Shown here: one piece after another, positions 1 through 11,697 of the stretch | Position numbering within the stretch: position 1 is the first letter of the stretch | How the letters are laid out: each line of letters starts with the position of its first letter | NCBI RefSeq assembly: GCF_001194135.2 | Contig: NC_069001.1 | Span: 33,862,244 to 33,926,243 of the forward strand | Length of the DNA: 64,000 nt | Source of the DNA: Octopus bimaculoides | Lineage: Eukaryota | Direction of reading: 5' to 3' | Translations under genes and position numbers: made by a program | Notes under the pieces: generated by a model | The model's input: the letters and a program-made list of their open reading frames with translations, nothing else | Database searches by the model: none | Told to the model about the DNA's origin: nothing

Positions 1-243
1 ATTGATCCGCTGTATTTCATGGCTTAGCTTATTACTGTCAATTAATCACAAATTTTACATCACTGACTATGGCTAATCAATATAAATATTAGGTATTTGT
101 AATTATCATTGGAAGTGGAATGCAAATACAAGAATGCTTCTACGTATATTTCTTTGATTATGTTCATGGAAAGCTATTTATTTAATGAGATAAGTCATAA
201 AGAACTCATTAAAATGTTGAAAAATATTAATCTAGATGGAAAA

Positions 244-650
244 GCATTGCTGTATGGTTAAGAAGCTTGCTCTACAACCACATGGTTATGGGTTCAGTCC
301 CACTATGCAGCACACTGTTGAGCCAAGTGTCTTCTGTTATAGTCCCAGGCCGATCAATGCCTCGTGGGGAATTTCATGGATAGAAACTGTATGAAGCCTA
401 TTATGTGTGTTTGTGTGTATTCTTTTATTCTTTTACTTGTTTTAGTCATTTGACTGGGGCCATGCTGGAGCACTGCCTTGAAGGATTTTAGCCGAAACAA
501 ATTGACCCCAAGACTTATTTCAAGCCTAATATTTATTCTATTGGGCACTTTCACCAAACTGCTAAGTTATGGGGATGTAAACGCACCAACACTGGTTGTC
601 AAGCAGTGGTGGGTGGGAGACAAACACACACACACATACACACACATATA
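244..650. mobile_element. tRNA-derived SINE (family A): 5' half on + (244-420) joined to a 3' half on - (421-650)
   Basis: Head gcattgctgtatggttaagaagcttgc...ggttcagtcccact matches other family A heads (2371, 35325, 56765). 421-650 is the reverse complement of the family A tail (ccagcatggcc...cagtc..atgact.aaac). Confidence 0.8.
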
Positions 651-1028
651 TATACAAGATACGGGGGTTTAGTTCACAAGTGATCTAAACTACTAGTTAT
701 GCTAGGTAAGTGCTGTAATGCAGGGTTGCACCTAAAGACTTATGGACTTTTACACAATTGGAAAGTAGAACTGTGAACTTTTATGCCTTTTTACTCTTTC
801 TTTATCTCCTTATTCCTTTATTCCTGTCCTCTGTGTCGTCATTTCATTAATCTATACCCTTCTCATTTTCCCTATTTGTCACTGATGACACAATATCCCA
901 TACTTTGGGATATCCCAGAAACAGCTGTAAGACTTTGAATTTTTTTTCCAATAATAATAATGTATATGACTTGAGATATTTGCCTTGCCTTAATGTTTGT
1001 TATCCTCTTTAACAATTATATATATATA

Positions 1029-1491
1029 NNNNNNNNNNNNNNNNNNNNNNNNNNNNNNNNNNNNNNNNNNNNNNNNNNNNNNNNNNNNNNNNNNNNNNNN
1101 NNNNNNNNNNNNNNNNNNNNNNNNNNNNNNNNNNNNNNNNNNNNNNNNNNNNNNNNNNNNNNNNNNNNNNNNNNNNNNNNNNNNNNNNNNNNNNNNNNNN
1201 NNNNNNNNNNNNNNNNNNNNNNNNNNNNNNNNNNNNNNNNNNNNNNNNNNNNNNNNNNNNNNNNNNNNNNNNNNNNNNNNNNNNNNNNNNNNNNNNNNNN
1301 NNNNNNNNNNNNNNNNNNNNNNNNNNNNNNNNNNNNNNNNNNNNNNNNNNNNNNNNNNNNNNNNNNNNNNNNNNNNNNNNNNNNNNNNNNNNNNNNNNNN
1401 NNNNNNNNNNNNNNNNNNNNNNNNNNNNNNNNNNNNNNNNNNNNNNNNNNNNNNNNNNNNNNNNNNNNNNNNNNNNNNNNNNNNNNNNNNN
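1029..1491. other. Assembly gap (N run) flanked by TA and TG microsatellites
   Basis: N characters in the sequence. Confidence 1.
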
Positions 1492-1580
<89 letters not shown>

Positions 1581-1750
1581 GTTTACATCCCCATAGCTTG
1601 TGGGTTGGGTAAAGGAGACTGAGAGAATAAATATCAGGCTTCAGGAGAAGAAAGAAAAAAAGTCCCGTGGTCAATTTGTTTAACTAAACTACTTAAGGTG
1701 GTGGCCCCAGCATGGCCACAGTCTAATGACTGAAACGTAGATAAAAGAAA
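1492..1750 (+). mobile_element. SINE family A, 3' half
   Basis: (TG)n then gtttacatccccatagctt...ccccagcatggccacagtctaatgactgaaac, shared with the other family A copies. Confidence 0.75.
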
Positions 1751-1754
1751 CATA

Positions 1755-2880
1755 TAATGGCAACAAACAGCAGCAATCAGAACTAGAAATGAAATAGGAC
1801 ACTGAGAAGATCAAGAGAGAAGTATGACAAGCGTGTGTCTCCTCACTGGGCCTGTTTTTATTATACAGTGGAGTATTTAAGCAATATCCATTAAGCAGAT
1901 AACACAGTCTTCATAACAGCAATAGAAAAAGACCTGCAAACATTAGTTAGTACCATTTATAATTGAGAGTGGAATAAGTTGATAGCTTTGAATATATGTG
2001 AGCCATTGTTGTATCAGATGGTGGTGGTGATGGTGTTTGGAAATCATTAAAGAAATTACATTAAATGTAGCCCAAGGCTGCTTTTGGTGAAATCAAACAT
2101 ACAATGAAATAAATGGTTATCTGTAAAAGTGAGAGAAAGAGTCCTAAGGGCATATGCAGTATTCATTTCTGTGTATGGCTGTGTGATCTACAGCATCAAC
2201 AAACAAGCATGGAAGCTTATCAATACTGCAGAGATGTGTTTCCTTAAATGAATGCTGAGGGTGTCCTATATAGACTGTGACATACATGGAAATTCTTGGA
2301 TGAGCAGAGCAGTGCTGTCTTAACTCTTTAGCACTGGAACTGGCCATCATCATCATCATCAGTTAACATAGGCGCAGGAGTGGCTGTGTGGTTAGTAGCT
2401 TGTTTACCAACCACATGGTTCCGGGTTCAGTCCCACTGCGTGGCATCTTAGGCAAGTATCTTCTTGCCTGGGATAATGTATAGTCAATTCAAAACAATGT
2501 GAATAAATGAGTAGAACATTTGACAGAATAATATGAATGCTAAAGGACTTGAAGGGTTTAGGGGCTCAGTTTTGATATATATAGGCTGTGACTTACTATC
2601 AATAAATAAATACTATAGGGCTCAGTGCATTGATTTGTCATGGGTGTGGGCTATAAGTCTGCTAATATGGTGTGGAATTTACTTAACATAGGAGACAACT
2701 GTTAAAGTTATTTGGATACTATATGAAAAGTGAAAGCCTTGAACACTTGGTGATAAGCAGGAAGCTGAAAGGCAGATATTTGATAGACTTACCAGCTGAC
2801 CAACCCAATGTGCTAAACAGTGTGTGAGACAGGAAGGTATGAAGGTCTATGATTATCAATGCCTGTAGACATGGCACATG
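1755..2880 (+). pseudogene. Degraded RTE-clade LINE reverse transcriptase and C-terminus, interrupted by a SINE head, ending in a (GA)n tail
   Basis: Manual translation gives KIKREV*QACVSSLGLFLLYS (cf. RGVRQGCVLSP.LF.LY), NIH*ADNTVFITAIEKDLQTLV (YADD motif region), and LFGYYMKSESLEHLV...DRKV*RSMIINACRHGT (RTE C-terminus). Confidence 0.75.
2371..2464 (+). mobile_element. SINE family A tRNA-like head (truncated)
   Basis: ggcgcaggagtggctgtgtggttagtagc...ccgggttcagtcccactgcgtggc with A-box- and B-box-like motifs. Confidence 0.8.
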
Positions 2881-3849
2881 GAGAGAGAGAGAGAGAGAGA
2901 GATAGAGTGAGAGAGAGAGAGAGAGAGAGTGAGAGAGAGAGAGAGAGATAGAGAGAGAGATAGAGTGAGAGAGAGAGAGAAAGACAGAGAATCATCAATC
3001 ATGAGTTTAATTTATTGTAAGGGTAGTACATGACAGCCACCAGGTTCTCATGTACATTTTAAATTACAAGGGGAATTGTAATAATTACATCATGTTATGA
3101 TTGTTCAGCTGTGACCGCAAGTTTGTGATGTTAGGTCGCTGTGTTGTAACTCTTAACCTGTTGTGACTGCAATGTTAAGACTTATAAGTAATTGTGATTG
3201 CACTGTTATGACTTCAGTCATTTTAACCACAGTCATGACTGATTATTGATATTGTATTCAATAGATTACAAAAACCCAATTGTCTTGAAAATATTGAGAT
3301 AAGGCATTTTTATTATTATTATTATTATTGAGTGAGAGAGAAGCACATGTCATCAAAGTGACGCTGGGGTAAAATATACAAAGCCTGATATACCTATTAT
3401 GACTCCCCGTCTGATGTTATTATGACCTTGTTATGTAAATAACCACAGTCACAACTTGATATATTACATCATGGTATCACAGTGCTTATTTTTTTATTGT
3501 CCACAGGGGACTAAACATAGAGGGGATGTATTGATTGAAATAGAAGGAATATATTGACTATCACTGTACAAATGTCAAAAAATGGTATAAAAAATGCTAT
3601 CTACCTTTTTCTAAAATAACAAATTACATCTTTTCGAATTTTTTAATGAATAAATTCTTTCTCTAGAACAGTTACTTCATTTAATGTCCAATTAAAATCA
3701 GGGCCGTGGAGGTTGTCTATAAAATACAGGTATGGGTTCTGTGATTTTTTTTTTTTTTTGAAAATTGTTAAAGAGCTGTACAAAAAGAATTAGTTTGAGA
3801 ACCAGTGATTTAGGGAGTGGGGGGTCAATAATCATAGACCTTACATGTG

Positions 3850-4070
3850 GTTGATTTACAGGCAGGTGTCTGATAAAGAGGGAATTCCAGAGAGGTACAG
3901 TTGCAGTGGAGAAAATTCTGAGTGATGTGTATTGAAGATTTTGGAGGGTGAAACACAGCATGAGTGGCAAAAGGAGAGGTAGGTGCATTGAATAACTTGA
4001 AGTGGGTCGTACACAAATAGCTACTTCAGACAAGCTTGAACTGTTTTAGAAATGCTAGAGATGGAAGAAG
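3850..4070 (-). pseudogene. Probable CR1/L2-type LINE 3' fragment
   Basis: ORF 3698..4033 contains IFSTATVPLWNSL, similar to the SFFPRT..LWNSLP C-terminal motif. Confidence 0.45.
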
Positions 4071-6259
4071 AATACAGTTCATCTGTGTGCTAATGGTTGT
4101 AATGTGCTAGCAAGTGAAATTTTGCCAATCTGATAGCTGACTAATTTATACAATCTACTGGACTAAATTCATTGAAGTATTTAGTCTCATTTTCATCAGA
4201 ATTTAAATTCTGCCATATCGACTTTTCCTTTCATCTTTTCGAGGGTCGATAAATGCATGTGAAAACACAAACTGTTCTTGTGTAAAGTTAAAAGAAATGG
4301 ATAGTAATATCAAGGTATGAATCAGGTTTTAGAAAACATGCTGTGACTGTAGCAAAACACTGTGGATTAATTTTTATCAATAATAATGAACAAAGAGAAA
4401 AGAATTTGGTTATGAAGAAATCTCTAGACATAAACATGAGTGTAAAGATGATAGAGAGAACAGGAAGGTTGCAGTGTTTAGGCTCTGTTTGCATGTGTGT
4501 GTACGTGTCTACATGGAACATAAGATAGTAAAATGTTACACATGATAATAAAATGAGATACAGGAACATTTTCTTAAGTCGTCTGACCTGCTAGAAATAG
4601 CAGTCAAATCTTGCTAAAACCACATCCAATCATCTTAGAAAGAACACACAGGATAATGTAGTCTAGGGTATTCTGTGAATGAAAAAAAAAAATGATGAAA
4701 TGGTTGTATTTAGAATGCTTTTGATCAAAATTAGGCTCAGTTAGGGCTGATTTGGGGCTGAACTAAACATGGGTATTAAAATCAAGAGGACTTGTGTAGG
4801 CCTGCTGTAACTTGTATAAAGAACAGAAGAGGTAAACTGAAAAAGTGGTTGGTTACTAAAAACATCAGTTAATGTATGCAGGAGAGATAACTGGTGAGGG
4901 TTTTTGAATATTTAAGTACAGGTTGATGAAATACTGTGTAAGGACAGAGAAATTACCTGTGTCAGACAAAGACCAAGCCAAAGATAAGGAAAAATGTTTG
5001 ATCTTTTGATGTTGAGCACCACAAAAAATGATTACATAAGACTAAATGAATGATAATAAACCTCATAGTATTTTTCTTCACACAGACAGACAGACAAACA
5101 CACACACACACACACACAAAAACACACACTCACTCACCCCCATCTCCCTCTCTCTTTCTCTCTTTCTCTCTCTCACACACACAAGTGCTGGAAGGTGACT
5201 ATAAAATTATATACATGAATGGGAGTCTGCATATTCTTTGTCTATACATGTGCATGCATTCTTGCTCAATACTAGTGTACATAATTAGTGAAACCAGTTT
5301 CAAGTAATACACCTGTTATCTTTTGACAGACAGAAATCTTCATATTACATTCTTTGTTACATCTTCTCTTCTTCTGCCTTAAAAAGCTGCAAAAACTAAG
5401 AAGAAATTGATACAGTCTTAACTGTAACTGTTTGTCTTAATGTCTTAATCCATGAAAGCTGCCATGTTTCAAAGCAGATTAAGAACTTTTGAATGTGGAC
5501 CTGCAGTGTTGCAGAAGATAAGAACATCTATCATGCACAGTTGGGAGATCTTCTGAAACAATAGAGCTTAACACTGGATTGCAAACAAAACATTAGCAGC
5601 TGAGGGTTGTGGGAGAATAGTCAGTGGTTGAAATAGGTTAGTTTAATTTCCCACTCTAAACCCACGTATTCCCATCATCTCTTCTCTTCTCCCCCTCCCC
5701 CATCTAGTCAGTGTAAGTTAATTGCTTTTATCCTATTGATTGCCAATTTTCTAATCCCATTTAATTCTAAATGTTATCAAGATAATGCTAGATAATCTGG
5801 AGCTAAGCTTCAATAGAAAAATAATAATTTTGTAAATATTTGTGCAAAGTTAAAATTAATCTGTTTAATTCGTGTATGTGTGTGTGTTTGTGTGTGTTTG
5901 TGTGTATGATGAAAATTCCTTGAGGAATTAAGTGTTATGCAAAGTGTTAATGATTCTGTTTGATCTTTGTTACTTTTGTTTGTTTATCTCGTTGTTGTCA
6001 AACATCATCAAAAAAAAAAAAAATGAAACCTCTCACTTGTAAATCCCAAACACCTAGAAAGTTGATGACAATAATGATCATGTCTTTGATGATTCATTTG
6101 TATTTGTTCCAAAACATTGGTTACAATGGTCTTTGGAAACCCAAGCGGAGAATTTTGGTACTTTGGCAACATAATGTTGATAAACTTGCATTTATAGAAA
6201 TTAGAGGTTTGATAAAATAAAGTTTGTTTTTTCCCTCCTTTTTATATTTTCAATGCTTA

Positions 6260-6579
6260 TTAACCCTTGGAGCCTGGTGTAGCCATCTGGTTCATCAGTC
6301 CTCAGTCAAATCGTCCAACCTATGCTAGCATGGAAAGCGGACGTTAAACGATGATGATGATGATTACCAACCTGACTGAATTCAGCTCTGGCTCTGAGAA
6401 CAAACGTCTTGTTTCCATAAGTTTTGAATTAATATCTTCCACCAAACCTTAGTCACAACTTATGTTCCTAACACTAGCTGAATGATAACTAAGTTATTTT
6501 ACTAAATTCTTTGTTATATTTAAAGTAGTTGAAAGAAACACGGAGCATCTCAAAATAAATACAGTAACAAAAGGGTTAA
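6260..6579. mobile_element. TTAA-bounded piggyBac-like MITE with a nested (GAT)n-tailed retroposon 3' end at 6269-6363
   Basis: Termini ttaaccctt ... aagggttaa. The insert is nearly identical to the 3' end of the 10588-10970 element. Confidence 0.7.
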
Positions 6580-7324
6580 GATGTTGAGCCGGCTGAGTTA
6601 TTAGCAAGTTGGGACCAATTTTGGTGGCCTTTAATCCATCTTTATACAACTGAGCACTGGGGTCAATGCAATCAACTTACCCCTCCCCTAAAATTTGCTG
6701 GCCTTGTGCCAAAATTTGAAACTATTATTTTCAATGCTTATTGAAATAAATACAAAAACTACAATTACGTTAGTTCATATGAAAGTTATTACTTGTATAT
6801 GTGGAGAATTTTGTATAAACTTTGTTAGTCTACACATGCAAATGAATGGCTGTTATGCATCAATAAAATGTTGTTTCATAATATTATAGGTATAATGAGA
6901 ACGTTCATGCATATATCCTTACATAAATACATTTACAAACAACACCTGCATATATTTCAAAGCACAATAACTGTGATGGTCTGGTGTTGGGCTGCTGATC
7001 ACATGGCCCTGAGTTCTAATTGTACTTACAGTCATTATTCTTTCACAAAAACGAGTTTCTGTCTTCCTTTATTGTTGAGTAATTAGTGACAGCAATGGCA
7101 TTCCTTTTACATAAACCACCACAACTGCTTGTATATAATGATTGAGAGAATTATTTGTTTAGTAATATCAATGAATATGATTTTCTATCATAGCTAAATT
7201 GTGTTGAATCACCCCAGAGAGCATTCACTAAAAAAAAACTAAGGGTATGATTGATCTTGATTATTGGGACCACTTTAAAACATTGAATATTTATTCTCTC
7301 CAGAATGTTAATGTACCAATTTCT

Positions 7325-7477
7325 CTTTTCTTTTACTTGTTTCAGTCATTCAACTGTGGTCATGCTGGAGCACTGCCTTGAATTTTAGTTGAATGAAATG
7401 ACCCCTGTGCTTGTTAATTTTTTAAAGCCTGGTACATATTCTATCTCTTTTGCCAAACTACTAAGTTATGGAGATGT

Positions 7478-7518
<41 letters not shown>

Positions 7519-7717
7519 TGTGCGTGTCTATATATATAATATATTACACGTATACACATCAACCTTTCAGTTTCTGTTAATAAAATTCACTCACAAAGCT
7601 TTTGCTGACCCTGGACTATAGTAGAAGACACATGCCCAAAGTGCCACACAGTGGGATTGAACTCAGAACATTGTGATTGGGAAACAAACTTCTTACCACA
7701 CAGCCATTTCTGCACCT
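7325..7717 (-). mobile_element. SINE family A, near full length
   Basis: Head, internal (CA)n and tail are all present on the minus strand. Confidence 0.8.
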
Positions 7718-7760
7718 ATATTGAAGCTGTAGTAAATAATATTTTTTGTAATACTCATTA

Positions 7761-8150
7761 TTTACATTATTTACATTTGAAAGATATTTGTCCTCATCTT
7801 GTTTGTTGTTAACACAATGTTTTGGCTGATATACCCTCCAGCCTTCATCAGGTGTCTTGGGGAAATTTCGAACCTGGGTTCTCATTCCTAAGGTATTTTT
7901 CGATATTATTATTATTATTATCATTATTCCGGAATAATAATATACCTGGAATTGAACTCATAATAATAATAATAACATCGAAAAATACCTTAGGAATGAG
8001 AACCCAGGTTCGAAATTTCCCCAAGACACCTGAAGAAGGCTGGAGGGTATATCAGCCAAAACATTGTGTTAACAACAAACAAGATGAAGACAAATATCCG
8101 TCAGATGTAAATAATGTACATAATTCCTTATCTCTTAAGTATAGAACTGT
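7761..8150. mobile_element. Foldback (inverted-arm) Penelope-like/SINE element with a hammerhead-ribozyme-like motif in each arm; 10-bp TSD
   Basis: Arms ~7762-7903 and ~7977-8120 are inverted repeats with about 6 differences by eye. ATACTCATTA occurs at 7751-7760 and 8151-8160. Each arm carries acac-CTGA(T/A)GA-A-GGCTG-gagggtatat-CAGCC-AAAAC-ATT-gtgt. Confidence 0.8.
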
Positions 8151-9109
8151 ATACTCATTACTGTTGAACATCTTCTAAAGGAGTGAACCTCCACATCTAC
8201 CTTTTGAAGGAAGATGATTTGATTAGATAATCTCTAATATTCTGCACTAAATCTCCACGGAGGATTTATGAAATAAATACCAGTAAGATAACATAGTTTA
8301 TACAGTTGAATACACATCTTGCTATTAGAAAATTAACCCTGAACTCTTCTGGTTTGACACACAAAAATGCCATCTTACAAAGGTTCAACACACTTGTATT
8401 AAAGACAATAAAATATCAGTTATTTTGTGAAAAAGAGCCAAAATGGTACTTTGTTTCATAAAGTGTCAATAAGCTATATGTTAGAGATAAAGTAATAAAT
8501 GTTATAACTTGTCCTGTTCAATGGTTTTTATTGGTCTTGACTATTCGACAGACACGCATTAATGCCCATAAATGCATGCAACTGTATAAATGTGAGCAAG
8601 AAAAATACATTTGTTCTCCATCACAAACACTACATGGGTTTGAAAATCTATTTGATAATTATCTGAATACTGGATGAGTTATATAAATATTTTATGTCGA
8701 TTCAATCAAACTAGACATGATAGCCAATAGACACTTAATTGTTTTATCTTAACTTTCTTTTTTTATTTATGTTCATTTACTTTTTCTATTTTCAAAAACA
8801 AAAGAGATTTATTACTATCAAGCTGTTACATTATTATTATTATTATTATATATTTAAATTTTTTTTTTGTTATGCAGAACATTCTTTGCTTAGCTTATAA
8901 TTGTCATATTCTAAAAACAGATTTGTTAGCTTGCTAGTCATACTTCATATCCTGGTATCGTTTGTTCAACAGCAACCAAAGATTAGTCATAGATCGGATC
9001 ATAGCTTTCGTATATATGTTAGCTGCTATCCACTATATCAATTACTAATTTATCAATCACTGTTCTCAACAAGATATGAGGTGTAAATTGTTGTCTCCAG
9101 TTATTTGCC

Positions 9110-9350
9110 AAAACACACTCATCATCATCATCCCCATCATCATTTAACATCTGTTTTCCATGCTGGCATGGGTTGGACAATATCACAGGAACTGGCAAAC
9201 CAGAGAGCTACTCCAGGTACCAGTTGTCTGTTTTGACACGATTCTTACTGCTGGATGTTCTTCTTAATGCCAACTACTTTACAAAGTGTACTAGATGGTT
9301 TTTTTTTTATGATATCAGCATGGGAGCTTTCTATGTGTTACCAGCACAAG
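9110..9350 (-). mobile_element. (GAT)n-tailed retroposon (family C), degraded
   Basis: catcatcatc...tttccatgctggcatgggttggac...ctggatgttcttcttaatgccaac, homologous to 10588-10970. Confidence 0.65.
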
Positions 9351-9469
9351 TGCTTTTTATGCAGCGCATTCTAATTTAGTTAGCGGTTATTTTATCTTGA
9401 GGTTTGGTCTCCTCGAATCTCAAGAATCTTTCTTGGGATTCTTGTAGATTATCATTACCATTTTTTTTA

Positions 9470-9683
9470 TTAAGGTGTCAAGCTGGCAGAATTGTTAGAA
9501 CACTGGGTGAAATGCTTAGTGGTATTTCATCTGTCTGCGCGTTTTGAGTTCACATTCCGCCGTGGTTGACTTTGCCTTTCATCCTTTCAGTGTCAATTAA
9601 TTAAGTACCAGTTGAGTACTGAGGTCGATGTAATCGATATCCCCCTCCCCCAAATTTCAGGCCTTGTGCCTTTAGTAGAAAGG

Positions 9684-9718
<35 letters not shown>

Positions 9719-9895
9719 GGCAGTGAGCTGGCAGAATCGTTAGCACACTGGTTGAAATGCTTAGTATTTCATCTGTCGGCATGTCCTAAGTTTAAATGCC
9801 ACAGGGGTCAATAAAATAAGTTCCACTTGAGTACTGGGGTTGATGTAATCAGCTATACCCCTCCTGAAAATTTCAGGCCTTGTATATTTTACAGA
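9470..9895 (+). mobile_element. Two tandem SINE family B copies separated by (ATT)n
   Basis: Repeated gctggcagaat.gttag...gagttc...gtaccagttgag.act.gggtcgatgtaatc...ggccttgt motif. Confidence 0.75.
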
Positions 9896-10587
9896 AAATA
9901 AAGTAAATCTCGAATTCAGAATAGCTGTGAAAAAGCTTAGAAGATATATTAAATATTTCTAGAAGATGGAAAAAAATGGTCAGACTATGGCTACAGATAA
10001 TTTAACCCTCTACTTCTCAGAGCTGGTATCTGGGAGGTATAGGGTTCGATTCTCTGTAGCCATCTACTGGCCACTTTTTCTGTCTTCTAAGGGTATCTAA
10101 TCTATCTTCTAAGCTGTTTTCACAGCTTTTCTGTGTTTGAGATATATTTTATTTTCTGTAAAATATTTATATATATGTACATATGTATATGAGACAGTGC
10201 TTCAGCATGGCCTTGATCAAGATGGCTAAAACAAAATGAAGACCTAAAGAATATATATGCATACATATGAGACCCTAGTTTACTTCTTGTACAGAAGCAT
10301 GCTCCTCTATTTGTTTTGGAGTTCTCTATTCTAAACACATCAGTCAAAACTTATTTACTTGTCTCGTCCACTATAATACAGATGACAACTCATGACACCT
10401 GCCACCCACTAACTTCCTCTAATCATTCTGACATTTTGATTGACACTATTATCAATATACATATGAGTACCTCTTTTTTAAACTGGTATTTTCTAAACCG
10501 TTTTTTTTATACATAAGTGCAGAAGTCACATTTACTTTAAATCACAAAGTGTGGTGCAGCCATTCTTTTATTGTAATTTTTTGAGTT

Positions 10588-10970
10588 TGGGGCAAGCGAA
10601 AGCGAAATCGTGATGGCACCTGTTCCCAGCGTCGCCTTTCTGGCACTTGTACTGGTGGCACATGTAAAGACTTTCGAGCGAGATTGTTGCCAGTGCCGCT
10701 GGACTGGCTCTTGTGCAGGTGGCACGTAAAATACACCATTTTGAGCGTGGCTGTTGCCAGTATCGCCTGACTGGCCTTCGTGCCGGTGGCACGTAAAAGC
10801 ACCCACTACACTCTCAGAGTGGTTGGCGTTAGGAAGGGCATCCAGCTGTAGAAACTCTGCCAAATCAGATTGGAGCCTGGTGTAGCCATCTGGTTTCACC
10901 AGTCCTCAGTCAAATCGTCCAACCCATGCTAGCATGGAAAGCGGACGGTAAACGACGATGATGATGATGA
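10588..10970 (+). mobile_element. Family C retroposon, CpG-rich (young), (GAT)n tail
   Basis: Internal sub-repeats (ggcacgtaaaa, gttgccagt) and a 3' end gcatggaaagcggac.gtaaacgacgatgatgatga that recurs at 6269, 28130-28445 and 41800. Confidence 0.75.
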
Positions 10971-11270
10971 AGCTAAATTGCATGATGAAACCTGATTTCA
11001 TAACTTGATATCTTATTTACTTCATTTTTGTATTTCGTTTGCAAGCGAGAGAACTCAACAAGTCATTGAAAAAGTTGTGAATAGTGTTGGAAGGACTTTG
11101 ACTAATGAACAAACAACAGACTAATAAGTGTTTAACCAACACATTAATCAAACAATGGATTAGTTGGTGAAATATTTAACCAATTGACTAACAATAAAGA
11201 AATGGAAGTGAACCTGTGTGTGTGTTATTGGCATATTGACTCTCCCAAGACACAACAAAATGGCTTATTT

Positions 11271-11697
11271 TACAGTTCTATATTTAAGAGACGAGGAATT
11301 ATGTACATTATTTACATTTGACAGATATTTGTCCTCATCTTGTTTGTTGTTAACACAACGTTTTGGCTGATATACCCTCCAGCCTTCTTCAGGTGTCTTG
11401 GGGAAATTTCGAACCTGGGTTCTCATTCCTGAGGTATTCTTCGATGTTGTGATTGTTGCTGTTGTCGTTGTTGTTGCTGTTATTGTTGTTGTTGCTGTTA
11501 TTGTTGTTGTTGCTGTTACTGTTGTTGTTGCTGCTGCTGCTGCTGTTGTTGTTCAGGTCACCTGATTCCGAGTTCAATTCCAAGCAGTGACCTGAACAAT
11601 AATAACATTGAAAAATACCTTAGGAATGAGAACCCAGATTTTAGATTTTCCCCAAGACACCTGAAGAAGGCTGGAGGGTATATCAGCTGAAACGTTG
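11271..11697. mobile_element. Second copy of the foldback hammerhead-motif element; right arm truncated
   Basis: The left arm starts with tacagttctatatttaagag (reverse complement of the 8130-8151 end). The centre has ttcaggtcac...gagttcaattcc...gtgacctgaa. The right arm has CTGAAGA-A-GGCTG...CAGCT-GAAAC-GTT at 11661-11696. Confidence 0.8.

Noticed and set aside
993-1674. Three ~200-aa ORFs
   Set aside because: They consist of X from the N gap plus TG/TA microsatellite translation.
7616-8178. Mirror-image ORFs containing the same peptide on both strands
   Set aside because: A by-product of the inverted arms of the foldback element, not genes.
10537-10899. Overlapping ORFs of 74-120 aa
   Set aside because: They lie within a multi-copy non-coding retroposon; GC-richness explains the open frames.
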